Assembly: GCA_964016885.1 (NCBI GenBank)
Contig: OZ024741.1
Location: forward strand, 211,110,001 to 211,174,000
Reading direction: 5' to 3'
Source: Eledone cirrhosa
Lineage: Eukaryota
Length of the DNA: 64,000 nucleotides
Every line of letters begins with the position of its first letter. The stretch's first letter is position 1. The notes below the pieces were generated by a model. That model did not search any database. It worked only from the letters and a program-made list of their open reading frames with translations, and was not told the origin of the DNA. Made by a program: the position numbers and the translations under genes. Below are positions 55,401 through 64,000 of this stretch, piece by piece.

Positions 55401-55697
55401 CAGCCTCAGTACACCTATCTCAGCCAGAGTCCACTGTCTCAGCCTCAGTCCACCTATCTCAGCCACAGTCCACCTATCTCAGCCACAGTCCACTGTCTCA
55501 GCCTCAGTCCACCTATCTCAGTCTCAGTCCACCTACCTCAGCCTCAGTCCACCTATCTCAGCCACAGTCCACCTATCTCAGCCACAGTCCACGTATCTCA
55601 GCCACAGTCCACTGTCTCAGCCTCAGTCCACCTATCTCAGTCTCAGTCCACCTACCTCAGCCTCAGTCCACCTATCTCAGCCACAGTCCACCTATCT

Positions 55698-58600
55698 CAG
55701 CCACAGTCCACTGTCTCAGTCTCAGTCCACTGTCTCAGCCTCAGTCCACTGTCTCAGCCTCAGTACACCTATCTCAGCCACAGTCCACTGTCTCAGCCTC
55801 AGTCCACCTATCTCAGCCACAGTCCACCTATCTCAGCCACACTCCACTGTCTCAGCCAGAGTCCACTGTCTCAGCCACAGTCCACTGTCTCAGCCACAGT
55901 CCACTGTCTCAGCCTCAGTCCACTGTCTCAGCCTCAGTCCACCTATCTCAGCCACAGTCCACCTATCTCAGCCACAGTCCACTGTCTCAGCCACAGTCCA
56001 CTGTCTCAGCCACAGTCCACTGTCTCAGCCTCAGTCCACCTATCTCAGTCTCAGTCCACCTACCTCAGCCTCAGTCCACCTATCTCAGCCACAGTCCACG
56101 TATCTCAGCCACAGTCCACTGTCTCAGCCTCAGTCCACTGTCTCAGTCACAGTCCACTGTCTCAGCCACAGTCCACTGTCTCAGCCACAGTCCACCTATC
56201 TCAGCCACAGTCCACTGTCTCAGCCTCAGTCCACCTATCTCAGCCACGGTCCACCTATCTCAGCCACAGTCCACTGTCTCAGCCTCAGTCCACCTATCTC
56301 AGCCACAGTCCACTGTCTCAGCCACAGTCCACCTATCTCAGCCACAGTCCACTGTCTCAGCCACAGTCCATTGTCTCAGCCTCAGTCCACTGTCTCAGCC
56401 TCAGTACACCTATCTCAGCCAGAGTCCACTGTCTCAGCCTCAGTCCACCTATCTCAGCCACAGTCCACCTATCTCAGCCACAGTCCACTGTCTCAGCCTC
56501 AGTCCACCTATCGTTGCCTCAGTCCACTGTCTCAGCCACAGTCCACCTATCTCAGCCACAGTCCACGTATCTCAGCCACAGTCCACTGTCTCAGCCTCAG
56601 TCCACTGTCTCAGTCTCAGTCCACTGTCTCAGCCACAGTCCACTGTCTCAGCCACAGTCCACCTATCTCAGCCACAGTCCACTGTCTCAGCCTCAGTCCA
56701 CCTATCTCAGCCAGAGTCCACTGTCTCAGCCTCAGTCCACCTATCTCAGCCACAGTCCACCTATCTCAGCCACAGTCCACTGTCTCAGCCTCAGTCCACC
56801 TATCTCTGCCTCAGTCCACTGTCTCAGCCACAGTCCACCTATCTAAGCCACAGTCCATTGTCTCAGCCTCAGTCCACTGTCTCATCCTCAGTACACCTAT
56901 CTCAGCCACAGTCTCACTGTCTCAGCCTTAGTCCACCTATCTCAGCCACAGTCCACCTATCTCAGCCATAGTCCACGTATCTCAGCCACAGTCCACTGTC
57001 TCAGCCTCAGTCCACTGTCTCATTCTCAATCCACTGTCTCAGCCACAGTCCACTGTCTCAGCCACAGTCCACCTATCTCAGCCACAGTCCACTGTCTCAG
57101 CCTCAGTCCACCTATCTCAGCCACAGTCCACCTATCTCAGCCACAGTCCACTGTCTCAGCCTCAGTCCACCTATCTCTGCCTCAGTCCACTGTCTCAGCC
57201 ACAGTCCACCTATCTCAGCCACAGTCCATTGTCTCAGTCTCAGTACACTGTCTCATCCTCAGTACACCTATCTCAGCCACAGTCTCACTGTCTCAGCCTT
57301 AGTCCACCTATCTCAGCCACAGTCCACCTATCTCAGCCACAGTCCACGTATCTCAGCCACAGTCCACTGTCTCAGCCTCTGTCCACTGTCTCAGTCTCAG
57401 TCCACTGTCTCAGCCACAGTCCACTGTCTCAGCCACAGTCCACCTATCTCAGCCACAGTCCACTGTCTCAGCCTCAGACCACCTATCTCAGCCACAGTCC
57501 ACCTATCTCAACCACAGTCCACTGTCTCAGCCTCAGTCCACCTATCTCAGTCTCAGTCCACCTACCTCAGCCTCAGTCCACCTATCTCAGCCACAGTCCA
57601 CTGTCTCATCCTCAGTCCACCTATCTCAGCCACAGTTCACAGTCTCAGCCTCAGTCCACCTATCTCAGCCACAGTCCACTGTCTCATCCTCAGTCCACCT
57701 ATCTCAGCCACAGTCCACAGTCTCAGCCTCAGTCCACCTATCTCAGCCACAGTCCAATGTCTCAGCCACAATCCACTTATCTCAGTCTCAGTCCACTGTC
57801 TCAGCCACAGTCCACTGTCTCATCCTCAGTCCACCTATCTCAGCCAGAGTCCACTGTCTCAGCCACAGTCCACTGTCTCAGCCACAGTCCACTGTCTCAG
57901 CCTCAGTCCACCTATCTCAGCCACAGTCCACTGTCTCAGCCACAATCCACTGTCTCAGCCTCAGTCCACTGTCTCAGCCTCAGTCCACCTATCTCAGCCA
58001 CAGTCCACTGTCTCAGCCTCAGTCCACTGTCTCAGTCTCAGTCCACTGTCTCAGCCACAGTCCACTGTCTCAGCCACAGTCCTCCTATCTCAGCCACAGT
58101 CCACTGTCTCAGCCTCAGTCCACCTATCTCAGCCACAGTCCACCTATCTCAGCCACAGTCCACTGTCTCAGCCACAGTCCACTGTCTCAGCCACAGTCCA
58201 CTGTCTCAGCCACAGTCCACTGTCTCAGCCTCAGTCCACTGTCTCAGCCTCAGTCCACCTATCTCAGTCACAGTCCACCTATCTCAGCCACAGTCCACTG
58301 TCTCTGCCACAGTCCACTGTCTCAGCCACAGTCCACCTATCTCAGTCTCAGTCCACCTACCTCATCCTCAGTCCACCTATCTCAGCCACAGTCCACCTAT
58401 CTCAGCCACAGTCCACTGTCTCAGCCTCAGTCCACCTATCTCAGCCACAGTCCACTGTCTCAGCCACAGTCCACCTATCTCAGCCACAGTCCACTGTCTC
58501 AGCCACAGTCCATTGTCTCAGCCTCAGTCCACTGTCTCAGCCTCAGTACACCTATCTCAGCCACAGTCCACTGTCTCAGCCTCAGTCCACCTATCTCAGC

Positions 58601-61600
58601 CACAGTCCACCTATCTCAGCCACAGTCCACTGTCTCAGCCAGAGTCCATTGTCTCAGCCTCAGTCCACTGTCTCAGCCTCAGTACACCTATCTCAGCCAG
58701 AGTCCACTGTCTCAGCCTCAGTCCACATATCTCAGCCACGGTCCACCTATCTCAGCCACAGTCCACTGTCTCAGCCTCAGTCCACCTATCGTTGCCTCAG
58801 TCCACTGTCGCAGCCACAGTCCACTGTCTCAGTCTCAGTCCACTGTCTCAGCCTCAGTCCACTGTCTCAGCCTCAGTACACCTATCTCAGCCACAGTCCA
58901 CTGTCTCAGCCTCAGTCCACCTATCTCAGCCACAGTCCACCTATCTCAGCCACACTCCACTGTCTCAGCCAGAGTCCACTGTCTCAGCCACAGTCCACTG
59001 TCTCAGCCACAGTCCACTGTCTCAGCCTCAGTCCACTGTCTCAGCCTCAGTCCACCTATCTCAGCCACAGTCCACCTATCTCAGCCACAGTCCACTGTCT
59101 CAGCCACAGTCCACTGTCTCAGCCACAGTCCACTGTCTCAGCCTCAGTCCACCTATCTCAGTCTCAGTCCACCTACCTCAGCCTCAGTCCACCTATCTCA
59201 GCCACAGTCCACGTATCTCAGCCACAGTCCACTGTCTCAGCCTCAGTCCACTGTCTCAGTCACAGTCCACTGTCTCAGCCACAGTCCACTGTCTCAGCCA
59301 CAGTCCACCTATCTCAGCCACAGTCCACTGTCTCAGCCTCAGTCCACCTATCTCAGCCACGGTCCACCTATCTCAGCCACAGTCCACTGTCTCAGCCTCA
59401 GTCCACCTATCTCAGCCACAGTCCACTGTCTCAGCCACAGTCCACCTATCTCAGCCACAGTCCACTGTCTCAGCCACAGTCCATTGTCTCAGCCTCAGTC
59501 CACTGTCTCAGCCTCAGTACACCTATCTCAGCCAGAGTCCACTGTCTCAGCCTCAGTCCACCTATCTCAGCCACAGTCCACCTATCTCAGCCACAGTCCA
59601 CTGTCTCAGCCTCAGTCCACCTATCGTTGCCTCAGTCCACTGTCTCAGCCACAGTCCACCTATCTCAGCCACAGTCCACGTATCTCAGCCACAGTCCACT
59701 GTCTCAGCCTCAGTCCACTGTCTCAGTCTCAGTCCACTGTCTCAGCCACAGTCCACTGTCTCAGCCACAGTCCACCTATCTCAGCCACAGTCCACTGTCT
59801 CAGCCTCAGTCCACCTATCTCAGCCAGAGTCCACTGTCTCAGCCTCAGTCCACCTATCTCAGCCACAGTCCACCTATCTCAGCCACAGTCCACTGTCTCA
59901 GCCTCAGTCCACCTATCTCTGCCTCAGTCCACTGTCTCAGCCACAGTCCACCTATCTAAGCCACAGTCCATTGTCTCAGCCTCAGTCCACTGTCTCATCC
60001 TCAGTACACCTATCTCAGCCACAGTCTCACTGTCTCAGCCTTAGTCCACCTATCTCAGCCACAGTCCACCTATCTCAGCCATAGTCCACGTATCTCAGCC
60101 ACAGTCCACTGTCTCAGCCTCAGTCCACTGTCTCATTCTCAATCCACTGTCTCAGCCACAGTCCACTGTCTCAGCCACAGTCCACCTATCTCAGCCACAG
60201 TCCACTGTCTCAGCCTCAGTCCACCTATCTCAGCCACAGTCCACCTATCTCAGCCACAGTCCACTGTCTCAGCCTCAGTCCACCTATCTCTGCCTCAGTC
60301 CACTGTCTCAGCCACAGTCCACCTATCTCAGCCACAGTCCATTGTCTCAGTCTCAGTACACTGTCTCATCCTCAGTACACCTATCTCAGCCACAGTCTCA
60401 CTGTCTCAGCCTTAGTCCACCTATCTCAGCCACAGTCCACCTATCTCAGCCACAGTCCACGTATCTCAGCCACAGTCCACTGTCTCAGCCTCTGTCCACT
60501 GTCTCAGTCTCAGTCCACTGTCTCAGCCACAGTCCACTGTCTCAGCCACAGTCCACCTATCTCAGCCACAGTCCACTGTCTCAGCCTCAGACCACCTATC
60601 TCAGCCACAGTCCACCTATCTCAACCACAGTCCACTGTCTCAGCCTCAGTCCACCTATCTCAGTCTCAGTCCACCTACCTCAGCCTCAGTCCACCTATCT
60701 CAGCCACAGTCCACTGTATCATCCTCAGTCCACCTATCTCAGCCACAGTTCACAGTCTCAGCCTCAGTCCACCTATCTCAGCCACAGTCCACTGTCTCAT
60801 CCTCAGTCCACCTATCTCAGCCACAGTCCACAGTCTCAGCCTCAGTCCACCTATCTCAGCCACAGTCCACTGTCTCAGCCACAATCCACTTATCTCAGTC
60901 TCAGTCCACTGTCTCAGCCACAGTCCACTGTCTCATCCTCAGTCCACCTATCTCAGCCAGAGTCCACTGTCTCAGCCACAGTCCACTGTCTCAGCCACAG
61001 TCCACTGTCTCAGCCTCAGTCCACCTATCTCAGCCACAGTCCACTGTCTCAGCCACAATCCACTGTCTCAGCCTCAGTCCACTGTCTCAGCCTCAGTCCA
61101 CCTATCTCAGCCACAGTCCACTGTCTCAGCCTCAGTCCACTGTCTCAGTCTCAGTCCACTGTCTCAGCCACAGTCCACTGTCTCAGCCACAGTCCTCCTA
61201 TCTCAGCCACAGTCCACTGTCTCAGCCTCAGTCCACCTATCTCAGCCACAGTCCACCTATCTCAGCCACAGTCCACTGTCTCAGCCACAGTCCACTGTCT
61301 CAGCCACAGTCCACTGTCTCAGCCACAGTCCACTGTCTCAGCCTCAGTCCACTGTCTCAGCCTCAGTCCACCTATCTCAGTCACAGTCCACCTATCTCAG
61401 CCACAGTCCACTGTCTCTGCCACAGTCCACTGTCTCAGCCACAGTCCACCTATCTCAGTCTCAGTCCACCTACCTCATCCTCAGTCCACCTATCTCAGCC
61501 ACAGTCCACCTATCTCAGCCACAGTCCACTGTCTCAGCCTCAGTCCACCTATCTCAGCCACAGTCCACTGTCTCAGCCACAGTCCACCTATCTCAGCCAC

Positions 61601-61937
61601 AGTCCACTGTCTCAGCCACAGTCCATTGTCTCAGCCTCAGTCCACTGTCTCAGCCTCAGTACACCTATCTCAGCCACAGTCCACTGTCTCAGCCTCAGTC
61701 CACCTATCTCAGCCACAGTCCACCTATCTCAGCCACAGTCCACTGTCTCAGCCAGAGTCCATTGTCTCAGCCTCAGTCCACTGTCTCAGCCTCAGTACAC
61801 CTATCTCAGCCAGAGTCCACTGTCTCAGCCTCAGTCCACATATCTCAGCCACGGTCCACCTATCTCAGCCACAGTCCACTGTCTCAGCCTCAGTCCACCT
61901 ATCGTTGCCTCAGTCCACTGTCGCAGCCACAGTCCAC
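55698..61937. repeat. Tandem duplication, period 3,113 bp (copies ~55698-58810 and ~58811-61937)
   Basis: Offsets of 3113: CGTTG marker 56512/59625 and 58790/61903; ORF stops 56846/59959, 56931/60044 and 56971/60084; ORF starts 57229/60342 and 58649/61762. Confidence 0.92.
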
Positions 61938-64000
61938 CTATCTCAGCCACAGTCCATTGTCTCAGCCTCAGTCCACTGTCTCAGCCTCAGTACACCTATC
62001 TCAGCCACAGTCCACTGTCTCAGCCTCAGTCCACCTATCTCAGCCACAGTCCACCTATCTCAGTCACAGTCCACGTATCTCAGCCAGAGTCCATTGTCTC
62101 AGCCTCAGTCCACTGTCTCAGCCTCAGTACACCTATCTCAGCCAGAGTCCACTGTCTCAGCCTCAGTCCACCTATCTCAGCCACAGTCCACCTATCTCAG
62201 CCACAGTCCACTGTCTCAGCCTCAGTCCACCTATCGTTGCCTCAGTCCACTGTCTCAGCCACAGTCCACCTATCTCAGCCACAGTCCATTGTCTCAGCCT
62301 CAGTCCACTGTCTCAGCCTCAGTACACCTATCTCAGCCACAGTCCACTGTCTCAGCCTCAGTCCACCTATCTCAGCCACAGTCCACCTATCTCAGCCACA
62401 GTCCACTGTCTCAGACAGAGTCCATTGTCTCAGCCTCAGTCCACTGTCTCAGCCTCAGTACACCTATCTCAGCCAGAGTCCACTGTCTCAGCCTCAGTCC
62501 ACCTATCTCAGCCACAGTCCACCTATCTCAGCCACAGTCCACCTATCTCAGCCACAGTCCATTGTCTCAGCCTCAGTCCACTGTCTCATCCTCAGTACAC
62601 CTATCTCAGCCACAGTCTCACTGTCTCAGCCTTAGTCCACCTATCTCAGCCACAGTCCACCTATCTCAGCCAGAGTCCACTGTCTCAGCCTCAGTCCACC
62701 TATCTCTGCCTCAGTCCACTGTCTCAGCCACAGTCCACCTATCTCAGCCACAGTCCATTGTCTCAGCCTCAGTCCACTGTCTCATACTCAGTACACCTAT
62801 CTCAGCCACAGTCTCACTGTCTCAGCCTTAGTCCACCTATCTCAGCCACAGTCCACCTATCTCAGCCATAGTCCACGTATCTCAGCCACAGTCCACTGTC
62901 TCAGCCTCAGTCCACTGTCTCATTCTCAGTCCACTGTCTCAGCCACAGTCCACTGTCTCAGCCACAGTCCACCTATCTCAGCCACAGTTCACTGTCTCAG
63001 CCTCAGTCCACCTATCTCAGCCACAGTCCACCTATCTCAGCCACAGTCCACTGTCTCAGCCTCAGTCCACCTATCTCTGCCTCAGTCCACTGTCTCAGCC
63101 ACAGTCCACCTATCTCAGCCACAGTCCATTGTCTCAGCCTCTGTCCACTGTCTCAGTCTCAGTCCACTGTCTCAGCCACAGTCCACTGTCTCAGCCACAG
63201 TCCACCTATCTCAGCCACAGTCCACTGTCTCAGCCTCAGACCACCTATCTCAGCCACAGTCCACCTATCTCAACCACAGTCCACTGTCTCAGCCTCAGTC
63301 CACCTATCTCAGTCTCAGTCCACCTACCTCAGCCTCAGTCCACCTATCTCAGCCACAGTCCACCTATCTCAGCCACAGTCCACGTATCTCAGCCACAGTC
63401 CACTGTCTCAGCCTCTGTCCACTGTCTCAGTCTCAGTCCACTGTCTCAGCCACAGTCCACTGTCTCAGCCACAGTCCACCTATCTCAGCCACAGTCTCAC
63501 TGTCTCAGCCTTAGTCCACCTATCTCAGCCACAGTCCACCTATCTCAGCCACAGTCCACGTATCTCAGCCACAGTCCACTGTCTCAGCCTCTGTCCACTG
63601 TCTCAGTCTCAGTCCACTGTCTCAGCCACAGTCCACTGTCTCAGCCACAGTCCACCTATCTCAGCCACAGTCCACTGTCTCAGCCTCAGACCACCTATCT
63701 CAGCCACAGTCCACCTATCTCAACCACAGTCCACTGTCTCAGCCTCAGTCCACCTATCTCAGTCTCAGTCCACCTACCTCAGCCTCAGTCCACCTATCTC
63801 AGCCACAGTCCACCTATCTCAGCCACAGTCCACGTATCTCAGCCACAGTCCACTGTCTCAGCCTCAGTCCACCTATCTCAGTCTCAGTCCACCTACCTCA
63901 GCCTCAGTCCACTTATCTCAGTCTCAGTCCACCTATCTCAGCCACAGTCCACTTATCTCAGTCTCAGTCCACTGTCTCAGCCTCAGTCCACCTATCTCAG

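Larger units (their letters stand above)
1..64000. repeat. Tandem satellite/minisatellite array of interspersed 19-bp (CTCAGCCACAGTCCACTGT) and 20-bp (CTCAGCCACAGTCCACCTAT) monomers; extends beyond both window edges
   Basis: Read directly. Bases 1-38 are two exact 19-mers, and every line of the window parses into the same monomer with two main variable sites (CCA/CCT/TCT and CTGT/CCTAT, minor CTTAT and CCTAC). The orientation is the same throughout. Confidence 0.99.

Noticed and set aside
1-64000. CRISPR array or repeat-spacer system
   Set aside because: There are no unique spacers; the variable positions take only a few recurrent states of 3-5 bp. No cas or other genes are present.
1-64000. 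Immunoglobulin switch region
   Set aside because: The - strand has CTGAG, but the hallmark AGCT/GAGCT and GGGGT motifs are essentially absent (AGCT only in rare variants), and the array is far longer than known switch regions.
1-64000. Canonical telomeric repeat or strong G-quadruplex array
   Set aside because: There is no TTAGGG-type unit, and the G-rich strand has only GG runs in the consensus. The kb-scale duplications of variant order indicate recombination rather than telomerase synthesis.
1-64000. Chi or Jeffreys minisatellite core
   Set aside because: The - strand GGTGGA is only a loose partial resemblance; GCTGGTGG and GGGCAGG are not in the consensus.
1-64000. Variant order as a functional information code or synthetic data storage
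   Set aside because: The order is explained by nested duplications plus point mutations, and nothing in the sequence indicates a reader or a designed structure.
1-64000. Plasmid iterons or a transcription-factor site cluster (e.g. Smad GTCT)
   Set aside because: There is no rep gene or AT-rich origin, and thousands of copies are incompatible with iterons. Four-base motif matches in a repeat are uninformative.
1-64000. Hidden insertions, inversions or mobile-element fragments
   Set aside because: Reading through, I found no non-monomer stretch and no reverse-complement monomers. A computational monomer decomposition would be needed to exclude very small ones.

Overview
The whole 64 kb window is one uninterrupted, head-to-tail, single-orientation tandem array (satellite or very large minisatellite) of 19/20-bp monomers. 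The consensus is CTCAG-[CCA|CCT|TCT]-CAGTCCA-[CTGT|CCTAT], about 3,300 copies estimated from length. I saw no unique sequence, transposon, RNA gene or inversion, and the array runs off both ends. The long S/Q/P/H/L/V-rich ORFs are best explained as artefacts: the + strand consensus has no stop codon in any frame, while the - strand has TGA in every monomer. The informative signal is the order of variant monomers. Rare variants, read by eye, reveal nested duplications: a 6-bp sub-motif, the 19/20-bp monomer, ~136-bp 7-mers, 2.2-3.8 kb blocks, and near-identical tandem duplications of 7,259, 7,351, 7,387 and 3,113 bp. The variant spectrum changes after ~52.5 kb. I could not assign the repeat to a named family or organism; eukaryotic origin is an inference. 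I found no evidence for a new gene system. Breakpoints are approximate to about one monomer.
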